Shown piece after piece: positions 21,705 through 32,884 of a stretch of DNA of 64,000 nt. A program made the position numbers and the translations under genes. Under the pieces are notes generated by a model. The model was not told the origin of the DNA, searched no databases, and saw only the letters and a list, made by a program, of their open reading frames with translations. Origin of the DNA: Blastocladiella emersonii ATCC 22665 (Eukaryota > Fungi > Blastocladiomycota); NCBI GenBank assembly GCA_025594325.1, contig JANHCV010000001.1:3348001-3412000 (forward strand), given 5' to 3'. Numbering within the stretch: position 1 is the stretch's first letter; the number at the start of each line of letters is the position of its first letter.

Positions 21705-22443
21705 GAAGAAGTGGCGGTGGTGGGGATGGGGGTGTCTGTGTGCGAGTCCATGATGGTGGAGTCAGCAAGTGTTACATGGTGAGGCGAATGCATGTGTCGG
21801 GTGGAGAGGATGGTGAGGGAGAGCGGCCGAGGCGAGGACGGCGGCGGCCGGCGCGAGGCAGGCGCGTCGCCGTCGTCCTGCACGAGGCACGCTATATCAC
21901 GCGGCGGCGCGGGCGGGGTCGGCAGCGAAGCCGGGCGCTCACGTTTGGGCACGGGGACGGGGGTGGTCGGCGGGTCGAGTACCTCTCACGGGACAGCGGC
22001 GTGGCGGCGGGGTGGACCTCACGCGAGCACGGCGGGATGGAGGGGACGGAGGGGGGAGAGGCGGGGAACGGCGGGCGGGCGGTGGGCGCTCTTGCGGGGG
22101 GTCGACGTCGTCGTCGTCGTCGTCGTCGTCGATGGGGTGGCGGCGGAGAGAGAGGACGGCGGCGGCAGCGCACCGACGTCGCTGCGAGCCCCGGCCCCGA
22201 ACGCCCCCACGGTCGCTCGCACGCCTCGGGCCAGCGCCCGTCTCGGCGGCCGCCCTGCCCGCTGCGACTCACGGCGCCGCCCGCCCTCGCGTCCACCCTC
22301 ACCCCCAACCTCCTCTCATCACGGTCGCCACCGTGGCCATCGGCCGCGCGCCCTCGCCGTCGCGTTGCCCTCGCCATCATCGCGTTCGCGTTTGACGGAT
22401 TCCCACGGCCTCCCGCGACGATCGACGGATTTGTCAGCCGCGC

Positions 22444-22486
22444 CACGTGCCGCCTCCCACCCACGTGGCCACGTGGCGGTCACGCG
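22444..22486. promoter_or_regulatory. Cluster of three CACGTG E-boxes plus one CACGCG upstream of the CBF1-like gene
   Basis: CACGTG at 22444-22449, 22462-22467 and 22470-22475; CACGCG at 22481-22486. Confidence 0.45.
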
Positions 22487-22626
22487 ACCGCGGTTTCACC
22501 TCGTTTTGGCGCGTCTCGCGGGTTTTGTCTCACGCGCGCTCGGCGCTCAACGCGTTCAGAACCACCAACGGGAGGAATAGTGAAGATCTAGTTGTGCGCA
22601 TAATAATGGGGAGGTTGGAGGGAATC

Positions 22627-23214
22627 TCAATCGTCCAAGCGGCGGATGAAAAAGTGATCGATCGCCACCGAGAAGGCCGCAAACGATACGCAGCCGCCGA
22701 GCGCAGCTTTTGGTCCAGCTACGCGACGTTCCGGCGACAAGGTCAGTGTGAGAAACGAGAAGTGTGCGGCGGGGAGGCAACGTACAGCGACCGGCCAGAC
22801 CGCCACCCGTGATGCACCCGGCGACCGCGCCGTTGTACACGTCGCTCTTGGCGCGGAACTAGTTGAGGGGGAACAGAGGTCAGCAAGCAACCCCGAATCT
22901 CGGTGAGCGGCAGCATAACGCACCGACTCGACGGCGCACTCGGTGCCGGCAAAGATGCCGCCGATCACGCCCAGACTCTTGGCCGACCCGACCACGCGCC
23001 CGCGCATGTCCTTGCCGATGATCTTGAGCTGCTCGCGCAGCGGCAGGTGCGCAATTTCCGTCGTCGAGTGGAAGTCGAGCGACCCGAGGAACAGGCCCAT
23101 GGCGCCGCCGAGCACAAAACTCATGGCGCTCGACGTGACCGCCTTGACCGGGCACGACGCCCACACCTCTTCAGCGATCTTGTTCATCTCCTCCTGGGTC
23201 ATTTGCTGATTCAT
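22627..23214 (-). CDS. TIM22: Mitochondrial import translocase Tim22; 2 introns
   Basis: WASCPVKAVTSSAMSFVLGGAMGLF...AKSLGVIGGIFAGTECAVES|...KSDVYNGAVAGCITGGGLA...GPKAALGGCVSFAAFSVAID. Confidence 0.9.
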   Translation of the reverse strand: MNQQMTQEEMNKIAEEVWASCPVKAVTSSAMSFVLGGAMGLFLGSLDFHSTTEIAHLPLREQLKIIGKDMRGRVVGSAKSLGVIGGIFAGTECAVESVRYAAAHRDSGLLADLCSPSTSSAPRATCTTARSPGASRVAVWPVAVRCLPAAHFSFLTLTLSPERRVAGPKAALGGCVSFAAFSVAIDHFFIRRLDD

Positions 23215-23243
23215 GGTGGCTGGCTTCGAGGACGTTGCACTGA

Positions 23244-23253
23244 GTTACGTTGC
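23244..23253 (-). promoter_or_regulatory. Leader motif GCAACGTAAC upstream of TIM22, with a second partial copy GCAACGTCCT at 23229-23238
   Basis: Seen directly; 29 and 14 nt upstream of the ATG. Confidence 0.45.
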
Positions 23254-23489
23254 GGTCAAGGTGGGCGGTGCTGAGCACGCCGCGAGCGAGGACTGACCGG
23301 GCCATCAACAGCGACACGGCGGCGCTGCGCCGCCTCACATGTGATGGAGCTGCACGCCGGCGCGCGCTGTGACTCGGCACGCGTCCTCCGATCGCTCTCC
23401 CTCCCCTCCCCGCCCACTCGCCGACAGCATCATCCACCGCCCATGTATCTTCTGCGGTCTGAGAGACACGAACCGAAATTCTTGCTACC

Positions 23490-26400
23490 ATGCTGAGCCC
23501 CTCGGCTTCCGCACCCGCCGCCGCGCCCACGACGGCCGTCGCTCCGCCCAACCCCGCCGCCGAGCAGCTGCGGACCCTCCGCTGCCAGATGCGCGCCATT
23601 CTCGACGGTTACCACTCGGACACGCTTGGTGTGTACCTCTCCCCGCTGAGGCCAGCCATAGCGACGGTCCTCCTGACCCTTGCTGTGCGGCATAGCGTCC
23701 AACTTTCTTGATCAGGCCAAGTCCGAGTCGACCATCGCCGTTCTGCTCAACACCATCCAGCGCTGCCCCGCCCTCATCACCGACTCCAAGGACGCGTGCT
23801 TCCTCCTCACCCTCCCCGTCCTGCAGCTGCTCGCCCTACCCGTCACGGCGCCCATCCACCCGGCGCTCCGCGAGGTACTCGTGCGATCTGCCCACACCCT
23901 CTACGCCGTGCCCTTTTCATATCCGGGTTTCGCATTTCTCGATGAGCTGGCCGAAGTCGCCGAGGGTACGCTCGCTCAAGGCGCCGGTGTCGACTCCTGT
24001 CTTACGTCCTCGTGCGCTGGATCTAGAGTGTCAGCGTCTCGTTGTGCTTCCTGCGAGTGCATTTCCGGCGACCATCTCGCTCTCCTCGAGTCAGGACGCT
24101 TCCGCCGTCACCGACACCCCCGCCGACCTGCATCTCACGATCCACCAACCAAATCACGCGTCGTGCCTGCGCGAGAACCTCGCCGCCCTGCTCGGCCGCG
24201 ACATTGACCCCGTCATCGCGCAGTTCCCGTGGCTCGCGCGCATCTTCCACCCGGCCGATGAATTGCTTCCGCCATCGTTTGACGTCGACCGCGCTATGCG
24301 CCAGCTCGCAGAACTCGCGCCCGAGCATGACGCTGTCCCAGCCCAACTCGAGGACCTGATCGACGCTCTACTCGCCCATGTCGAAAACGGCGGTGTCTTG
24401 GACCATGCCGCGTGGACTCGCGTCGTCATTCGACACTGGCGCGAACACGCCGATCTCGTCTTTGATCTGCTCGTGCTCGGAGTACGGCATCCACTGCATC
24501 TCCCGCGAATTTACGTCGCTGACCACCGCCCTGTGTAGTTTGAGTCGTCTCGCAGCAAGGACTCGACTGCGCCCTTCGTGTTCGCTCCGCATTCCAATGC
24601 GTCCGAGTCCGAGACCTGTACGCTTCAAGTCAGCACCCCGCTCGCGCAGCCCCTGCTCGACGACTCTCCACCTCTTGCCCTCTTCCAGCTCGTCGCGCCG
24701 GCGCTCTGCGAAGCACGAGTGCTGCAGAACCAGCTTCCCGTCGTCGCCTACCTGCTCCGCTCGGGCGAGGACGTGCGAGATCGCATTGCCGCCGTCGCGC
24801 GCGCGGTACCGCACCTCGACTCGGGCGCGTCGCTCTTTGTCGCGTGCACCTTCCTCGCTTCGCTGCGCGAGTCGTTCGGTTTCGACACGACTGCGGTCGC
24901 TGACGTGCTCGCTGCGATGCCGGCCAAGGCCGAGACGCCGCTCCCGACACTCGCCCTCGCCGCGACGGACCGTCCCCTCGTCGTCGAGTGCCTGAACCGT
25001 CTACGCGTGGCCCCGCTTCCCGACAACTTTGTCGACTGGGTTCGGGCCAACCTCCCACTTGACGGCCGACCCGCGGTTCCAGTGCTTCCCTCGCTGGCCC
25101 AGTTCTGCCGCAAGTTCACCATGGCCAACCTGTCGGTCCTCGGCGTCATCTTGCCCGCTGGCACCGACGACCGCCGCCGCGCGCTTCACCCACACTGGCG
25201 GACGCTCTGCGAGGGCCTCGACCAGCACCAGGAGCACGACCTCGTCACCATCCTCCTGTGGCTCGCCGAGCTGCTCGCCGTCCCGCCCGCGACCCTCACG
25301 CACGCGCTGCGCAAGCACCTCCTCCCCGTCGCCATGCGCCACCCGCCGCTGCAGCGCGTGCTCGAGAAGCTCGAGGGCGCGCAATTCACCAAGCTCCTCG
25401 TCGTGTCCATCGAGTACGTCCTGCTGTGGGTCCTGCTCGAGCAGCCCGGCCCGTGGGACGACCCGATCCGCGCGCTGCTGCAGTCGATCCCGGGCGCCGC
25501 CCCCGAGGAGTGCATCTCGCTCAACCTCGCCATCGAGCTGTGTCTGCACCGCCACACCGAGGGCCTCCTGTGGGCGCAGCGCGTGTCGAGCAAGCGCATC
25601 ACCGTCACCGACTTTTCGCTCGCGACCATCGTGCACCTCATCGATGCCCTGCAGCACGACCGGTGGGGCCCGTCGCGTCCGTGTCCGGCCGACGCCCTCG
25701 CGACGCTCGACTGGCTCGTGCTCCGCGCCGGCAGCGAGGTCGCCGTCCTCGCATCGCAGGCCGTCTCGCTCATCGCCAACGCTGCGGTCGAGTTCCCCGC
25801 CGAGGCCGTCCAGTGCTGGACCAGCCTCGCGCGCGTCGCCGACGACAAGACACTCGCCCGGTTCTGGCCGTCGATTCTCCTCTCCGCCGCACGCACGCCC
25901 GCCGTTCTCGAGGTCGGCCCACCGACAACGGCGCTCCTCGACCTCCTCTTCTCGCGCGCCACGCCCGAGGTCCTCGAGGACGCGCCCGACCCGCCCGCGC
26001 ACCCGGTCCTCGCGCCGTTCCAGGCGCGCATCGATGCGGCAAAATCGGCGACACCGTCTTTGCACGACCGTCTCGCGCGCGTGTGTGCGCGCATCGCGTC
26101 GCCCGACCTTGTCGTCGCCGAGGCATCACTCGACGAAGCCCTCGCGCTGCTCACGCAGATCCACGCGTCATCGGCCGACGCCGTGGTTCGCGACCCGCAC
26201 GTCGTGGTCGGCGCGCTCGTCAACGTCGCCGAGCACCACCCGACGCTCGCGGTGCGCGCGACCGTGTGTCTCGGGCAGCTCGGCGCCGTCGATCTCGGCG
26301 AGTTCTCGGGCGCCGTGGCCGTCGCGATGCGCGGCGAGGCGGCCGTCTCCGACAAGGACGGCGGGCTGAAGACGGGTGTCGTCGCGCACCAGGAGATCCC

Positions 26401-29400
26401 CGTGCTGTGCGCCGAGGTGCTCAAGTCGTGCCTGATCCCCTTCTTCCGGTCCAGCGCATCCAATTTCGCGCAGACCATCATCGCATACGCGATCCAGCGG
26501 CTGCTCAAGCTGCACCGCAAGACGTGCCTCGACGCGCTCGACGACTTTGACCGGTCGACGGTGCGCCACCTACAGGACAGCAAGTACCGCGTCGACGAGC
26601 CCATGCTCGTGGCCGAGGCCGACGCGGCCGCCGCCGTGTTCCAGCCTGGCGCCGTCTCCTTCTCCGCGTGGGCGTGCCGGTTCTGCCTCCGCCTCGCCGC
26701 CCACTGCGCCGACTCGGCGCTCGTCGCCGTCTTCCGCGCCCTGCATCCGCTCCTCGCGCAGACCCAGCACCACCAGGTCGCGACTGTCGCGATCCCGTTC
26801 CTCGTCCTGCACCTGTGCCTCGTCGCGAGCCCCGCGCTCAACTCGGTCGTGTCCGAGTTCATTCACGTCCTGCAGCACGTGGCCGGCGGCGACCCCGCCG
26901 CGCAGTCGGCGGCCCTCGTCATCTTTGACGTCCTCGAGTACCTGACCGCGTGGCGCCGCCAGGAGCGCGCCAAGTTCGCCGAGAAGCGCAGCCGCCGCGC
27001 CACGCTGAGCCCGAGCGTCGCGCACATCGAGCAGTTCCTCGACCGCATCCCCGCGGGCCTGCTCGCCGAGGCCGCCGAGCGCGTCGGGCGCGCCGAGACC
27101 GCGTCGTACTACCTCGAAGCGTCGCTTCACCCCGCCGCCGCGCCGGCCGACCGCGCACGCCTTCTCCTTGACGTGTACTGCCGGCTCGGCGACGAGGGCG
27201 TCGATTATGTCCTTGGCGCGTCGCACCTGCTCCAGCACCAGCAGCAGCCGAACGGTGCGACTGCCGAGACGGTCCAGGACCCGCGCCATCTCGCGCTGCA
27301 GCACGAGGTCCGCGGCGACTGGGCGGCGGTGCTCGCCGTCTACAACGCGGTCCCCGTTACCAGCAGCAACAGCGGGAGCGTTGCGGCACCCCCGACGCGG
27401 CTCGGCGCGTACCAGGCGATGCGCGAGCTCGGGTACTTTGACCTCCTCGCCGAGCAGTGCACGGGCGCCATCGCGACGCACCCCGAGTGGAGCACGGACC
27501 TCGCGCCGATCCAGATCGACGCGTGCTGGCGGCTCGCGCAGTGGGACAAGCTCGACTCGGTCGTCGCGTCGAGCCCGCCTGCGGTCGCCGCCGCGCCGAG
27601 CGTAGGCACGCTCCTCAGCGACCTCGCGCACGCGCGCGCGTCCGATTTCGATGCGCACCTGCGCACGGTCCGGCTCGACGTGTTCCGCGAGCTGCGGCTC
27701 GGGCGTGTCCAGGCGGCCATGGTCCGCAGCCACTACCTGACTGACCTCGTCGCGTTCCACGGCGCGGGGCTGCTCGAGTCCTCGCCCGCCGCAGAGGCCG
27801 CCACCGTCGAGGCCAACTTCAACGCATGGTACCAGCAGGTCAAGGCGCGGTGGGACCGCGTGCCCGCGCGGTTCTCGGCGCGCGAGGAGCTGCACGGCGT
27901 GTGCCGTTCGCTCGTGATGCTGCACCAGACGCGGTCGCCGGCACCCGCAACGGCCGCGGCGCGCGCGGCGCTCGGCGAGCTGTGGCACCTGTCCGCCAAG
28001 CTCGCCATGGCTGACGGGCGGCAGCACATGGCGTACACGTACCTTCTGCGGGCCGAGCCTCTCGCGGGCGGGCCCGAGACGGCGACGGGGCTGCAGCACG
28101 AGCGCGCCATGGCCAAGTGGCTCGCGGCGAACCAGTCGGTGCAGGCGGCGCTCGACCGCGTGCGGGGGCTCGCGCTGCCGGACGTGCCGCTGCAGACGAT
28201 CCACCTGCACCCGGTGTTCGGCGTGCAGCTCGACCCGCGCGACGTGACGTACCAGCGCGCGCGGCTGCACCTCCTCGCGGCGCGGTGGATGGCCGAGTCG
28301 GGGAGCGCGAGCTCGGACGTGATCGCGGCGCGGTTCCGCACGGCGTGCGCGCTGATGCCGAGCTGGGACAAGGCGTACTACCTCGCGGGCCGGTACTACC
28401 ACCAGCTCATGAAGAGCGCGGCCGACGCGACGGCCGCGGACCCGAGCGGCGTGCCCAACTACGCAGCGCAGCTCGCGTCGCTGAAACCCGCGGTCCAGTT
28501 CTACGCGCGCGCCCTGCTCGTCGGGTGCAACTACGTGCACCAGGCGCTCCCGCTCGTGCTCACGCTGTGGATGGACCTCGCGCCCGTCGGTGGCCCCTCG
28601 GCGGCGTCGGGCAGCGGCGGGACCGAGGAGCAGCGGCGGCGCGCGTTCGGGCACATCCACCAGCTCGTCGTGTCGGTGGTCCAGCGCGCGCCGGCGTACG
28701 TGCTCATGACGGCGGTCGGCCAGGTCACGGGCCGGCTCACGCACCGCAACGACGACGTGTTCGAGGTGCTCGCGACGCTCCTGGCGCGCGTGATCGTCGC
28801 GTTCCGCAGCCCGGCGCTGTGGCAGCTCGCGTCGTCCATCAAGTCGTTTGAGCGAGTCCGCGCGAAACGCGCCCGCGACGTGCTGGACCGCGCGCGCCAG
28901 CTCGCGGCCGCCGACGGCGCCGACGTGTCGGGGCTCGAGACGCTCATCACGCAGACGACGCAGATCGCCGAGCAGCTCATCGGCGTGTGCAACCACACGG
29001 CGGCCAAGGAGCAGACGGTCTTCTCGCTCGCGCGCGAGTTCAAGGCGCTCGTCCGCGCGTGCCCGTTCGATACGGTGGTGATGCCGACGGCGGCGCAGCT
29101 CGAGTGCGAGATCCCGGCCAAGGCGGGACCCGCGGAGCGCGCGCGCATCGGGACCGGCAGCACCGCCGGGGTCGCCGGGTACACGGGCGGGCACGTAGCC
29201 GACTACGACCCGTACGCGCGCGACGGGTCGGGCGACCGCGTCATGGTGTACGGGTTCGTGGACCAGGTGGAGATGATGTCGTCGATGGTGCGGCCCAAGA
29301 AGGTGACGTTCCTCGGGTCGAACGGGCGCGAGTACCTGTACCTGTGCAAGCCCAAGGACGACCTGCGCAAGGACGCGCGGCTCATGGAGTTCACGGGCCT

Positions 29401-30283
29401 GATCAACCGGCTGCTCGGGCGGTCGCGCGCCGCGCGCGACCGGCACCTGTACATGCGGCGGTACGGCGTGACGCCGCTCAACGAGGAGTGCGGCGTGATC
29501 GAGTGGGTCGACCACACGGCGGCCACGCGGTCGATCCTGCGCGAGTGGTACAAGACGCGGTACCACCAGGACCTGTTCAACCGCGACATCCAGACGCTGT
29601 TTGGCGAGAGCGACCGCGACCGGCTCGCGGCCAACTTCAAGTCGCTGCTCGGCACGTTCCCGCCGGTGCTCCAGGAGTGGTTCGTCGACGAGTTCCCGAC
29701 GCCCGCGGCGTGGTTCCGTGCGCGGCGCGGGTTCACGCACACGTGCGCGGTGGTCAGCATGCTCGGGTACGTGGTCGGGCTGGGCGACCGGCACCTCGAG
29801 AACATTCTGCTGGACGTGAAATCGGGCGACGTGGTGCACGTCGACTTCAACTGCCTGTTCGACAAGGGCAAGGCGTTTGCGCGGCCCGAGGTGGTGCCGT
29901 TCCGGCTGACGCAGAACATGGTGGCGGGGTTCGGCGTGGTCGGGGTCGAGGGCCCGTTCCGCCGCGCGTGCGAGGTGGTGATGCGCGTGGTGCGCGACCA
30001 CCGCGAGGCCCTCATGATCGTCCTCGACACGTTCGTCCACGACCCGCTCATCGAGTGGAAGCAGAAGCGCAAGGCCAACTCGACGGCCACCGCCGAGGCT
30101 GCCGACGAGCAGATGCGCCGCCAGGCGCGCCGCGTCCTCGCCGACATTGACGCGCGGCTCCAGGGCATGGTCGGCGCCGGGCTCCCGCTCGGCGTCAACG
30201 GGCAGGTCGACGAGCTCATCCGCCAGGCCACGGCGGTCGAGAACCTGTCGCGCATGTATGTCGGGTGGATGCCGTACTTGTAA
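23490..30283 (+). CDS. ATR: ATR/Mec1/Rad3 PI3K-like checkpoint kinase; 3 introns near the 5' end
   Basis: HEAT/FAT region, LCKPKDDLRKDARLMEF, GLGDRHLENILLD, VHVDFNCLF, PEVVPFRLTQNM, FVHDPLIEW, FATC LSRMYVGWMPYL*. Upstream exons join in frame to the 1901-aa ORF. Confidence 0.95.
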
Positions 30284-30723
30284 ACTAATGGATTCGGTGC
30301 TGGTGTGCGTGGTCTGCGAGCGGGTGGCTGAAACGCGCGAGACAGTGGCGCCGAAAAGGCGTGACCGGGGCCAAATTGCAGCGTGGCAACTCGTCGGGCA
30401 TCGGGTGCATCTCCACCGCCGACCTCGCCGCGCCCGCCGTCTCATAACCCAGAGTTGACAGCGTTGCATCTCTCGCTCCCGGCACAGCACTCGCTGCAAC
30501 GCGCACCACGCGCGCTGATTCCCACGCCTCGCCGCTCATTGCGCGGACGCCACGGACTGCATCGCCGATCGAGTCAACGTCGTCGTGGCAACTTTTGCGA
30601 GTCCTCTCCCTCGCCGACGTGGTGGTGGTGCGTACTTGAGCTGCGCGGCCCCCGCCGTCGTCGTGGCACTCACTCACTCTCCACGTCACGAACTCCTCGA
30701 CTACTACAGACCCGCACTCCGGC

Positions 30724-32793
30724 ATGGCGTGCCCTCCGCCGCCCGTCACCACCGCCCCGCCGTGGGGACCGCCGCCGCAACCCCCGCCCGGCTCCGATGT
30801 GTTCGCGCTCGGCCTCGGTGCCGGTGCCGGCGATCCCTACTTGAGCAGCGACCCGCACCTCGCCTTCTTCCAGTTCCAGCAACAGCAGCAGTACTCGTCC
30901 GCCCCGCCGGCCACCATGTCCTTCAATCCGGCCGCGCCCTCGCTCCCGCCGCACCCCCACCACCCGCACCCGTCGGCGTACGCGTACATGCCCGTGCCCA
31001 TGTTCATGGTCCCGGCGCCGGCCGCGACGACCGCGACGCCTGCGCCTCCGAATAACCCGGCGATTGTCGGTCAGCCCGCGCTCGCCATGGACTGGTCGAC
31101 GGTCCCGCCCACGGCCATCATGGGTCCGCCGTCGCTCGCGGCACCCGCGCCGGCGCCGGTGATGCACCACCACCTCGACCACCCGGCCGCCGTCCCGCCG
31201 ACGCCCATCTCGCCTACCTACTCGCACCACATGCCCGCCGTCGCCGCATCGGTCTCGCCCGAGCCCGAGCGCCAGCGCAACGCGTCGCCGCCGCCTGTCC
31301 AGCGTGGATCCACCCGCGCGCCCTCGGCGACGCCGGCCACTACCTCCTCGTCGACGCCAGCGCCGGCTCCGCCGCGGCGCAAGCCCGACATCAAGATGCC
31401 CGAGCTTCCCTCGGCGCTCGACAAGCGGTCCAAGGGCGGGCCCGGCAAGAAGCGCAAGGGCATTTCCGAGGAGGAGAAGGAGGAGCGGCAGCAGGAGCGC
31501 ATCATGCGCAACCGGATCGCGGCGCAGGAGTCGCGCAACAAGAAGCGCGCCTACGTCGAGACGCTCGAGGCCACGGCCGCCGACCTGCAGGACCAGAACG
31601 CGGCGCTGCGCGACGACAACGGCCGGCTCGCCAAGCGCGTCAAGACGCTCGAGGACGAGAACCGCTCGCTCAACTCCAAGCTCGACTGGATCATGTCCCA
31701 GATGGCCGAGATGCGCCAGCACCAGCAGCAGCAGCAGGTGTTCGCTCCCGCCGCGCCGGTCCCGCCAATAGTCCAGCCCGTGCACGCGCCGCCCCCGGTG
31801 CTCGCGCCCGCCCCGCTGGCCGTCGAGCATGCGGTTGCCGGCCACCATGGCCCGGCCGCGGCCCCGAGCCCGTCCTCCTCTTCATCCCCCTCCTCCTCGT
31901 CTACCTTCACGCCCGCGCCTCCCTCGGCGCCATCCACGGCGTGCACCAAGGCCCCCGTGAGTTCGTCGTCGTCGCCCTCGACGTCGTCGTCCCCGACCTC
32001 GCACCCCTCCTCCTCTTCTTCCCCCTCCTCTTCCTCCACCACCGATACCGTGTCCCTGACGCTCGCCGAGCTGACGTCGATGCTGTATGCGGCCAGTTCT
32101 TCCGATCCAGCAGCGGTCGGCCGGTTGCGCCCTCGCGCCCCCGCCACGGCGGGGGCAGGGCGCAATTCCCAGCAGCGGAGACTGGCAGCCAAGCATACCT
32201 CGACGGCATCCCTCGCGCGCTCGCTGACGGGCCGCACGGTGTCTACGGTGGCGGCGGTGGCGGTGAACGAGAAGGTGGCGATGGGCAAGGGTTCGACCAC
32301 GGCGACGACGGCGGCAACCAAGATGATGATGATGACGACGACGTGCTCGGCGGCCTCGGCCTCGGCTATGGTGGCCGGAGCAGCTACGACGATGCTGGTG
32401 CACTCCCTGGTGGCGCTGCAGCTGGCCATGGCCTGGATGGCGCGCTCGATCCCGCCGCTCTTTCGCTCCTGGACGCGTTCCTCGTCTTCGACCAGTAACG
32501 CGCAAGCGGCGTACATCTTCGAGCTCGTCTGGGCCTGCGTCCGCCGCGGCCTCGTCACCAACTCTTTCCTCCCCTCCTTCTCTTCCTCCCACGGCGGCGT
32601 GCTCTCCCTCACCGAGCGCGTCCTCCGCCACCTCCTCGCCGACCTCACGGGCCTCCCGAACCCCCGCGACGACGGCGGCGACGAGATCCGCATCGTGGTG
32701 CCCGTGGCCGTGGCCAAGGCGCTCCGCGCGGCGGCGTGCAACGTGCGCACGGCGCGCGCGCTGGATCGCCGGTGGGGCCACCGGCCGCCGTAA
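30724..32793 (+). CDS. HAC1: HAC1/XBP1-like bZIP factor: unspliced form 689 aa; predicted IRE1-spliced form 30724-32110 + 32173-32498 (570 aa)
   Basis: KKRKGISEEEKEERQQERIMRNRIAAQESRNKKRAYVETLE resembles the Hac1/HacA basic region; IRE1-type sites downstream; the alternative frame ends in an acidic tail ...LLDAFLVFDQ*. Confidence 0.85.
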   Translation: MACPPPPVTTAPPWGPPPQPPPGSDVFALGLGAGAGDPYLSSDPHLAFFQFQQQQQYSSAPPATMSFNPAAPSLPPHPHHPHPSAYAYMPVPMFMVPAPAATTATPAPPNNPAIVGQPALAMDWSTVPPTAIMGPPSLAAPAPAPVMHHHLDHPAAVPPTPISPTYSHHMPAVAASVSPEPERQRNASPPPVQRGSTRAPSATPATTSSSTPAPAPPRRKPDIKMPELPSALDKRSKGGPGKKRKGISEEEKEERQQERIMRNRIAAQESRNKKRAYVETLEATAADLQDQNAALRDDNGRLAKRVKTLEDENRSLNSKLDWIMSQMAEMRQHQQQQQVFAPAAPVPPIVQPVHAPPPVLAPAPLAVEHAVAGHHGPAAAPSPSSSSSPSSSSTFTPAPPSAPSTACTKAPVSSSSSPSTSSSPTSHPSSSSSPSSSSTTDTVSLTLAELTSMLYAASSSDPAAVGRLRPRAPATAGAGRNSQQRRLAAKHTSTASLARSLTGRTVSTVAAVAVNEKVAMGKGSTTATTAATKMMMMTTTCSAASASAMVAGAATTMLVHSLVALQLAMAWMARSIPPLFRSWTRSSSSTSNAQAAYIFELVWACVRRGLVTNSFLPSFSSSHGGVLSLTERVLRHLLADLTGLPNPRDDGGDEIRIVVPVAVAKALRAAACNVRTARALDRRWGHRPP
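32076..32204 (+). other. IRE1-type unconventional intron RNA structure (intron 32111-32172)
   Basis: 5' hairpin CCGATC-CAG|CAGC-GGTCGG; 3' hairpin TTCC-CAG|CAGC-GGAG; intron stem TTGCGCCCT/AGGGCGCAA plus GCCCCCGC/GCGGGGGC; exon-exon stem GCCAGT/ACTGGC, GTATGC/GCATAC, GTCGA/TCGAC. Confidence 0.85.
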
Positions 32794-32884
32794 TGGGGGG
32801 ACTCTTGTGCACATATTGTCGTTGATTCTTCGGTTATTCCAATGTATCTTTTCTTCACAACCTCATCGATCGAGTGTATTGAGG

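Noticed and set aside
22107-22130. (GTC)8 microsatellite upstream of the bHLH gene
   Set aside because: An ordinary simple repeat with no further structure.
23490-24577. Broken frames 5' of the ATR ORF as a pseudogene or frameshift
   Set aside because: Three GT-AG introns restore one continuous frame.
26570-30499. 1309-aa antisense ORF over ATR, and the many other long overlapping ORFs (e.g. 18-1397, 19692-21782, 40008-42419, 47193-49862)
   Set aside because: These are shadow frames of real genes. GC3-biased coding DNA lacks stops on the opposite strand; the translations are Arg/Ala/Gly-rich with no motifs.
32083-32110. A shorter 20-26-nt IRE1 intron using CTG|TATG as the 5' site
   Set aside because: It gives 25 nt (wrong frame) and the loop does not fit CNG|CNG; the 62-nt pair fits frame and structure.
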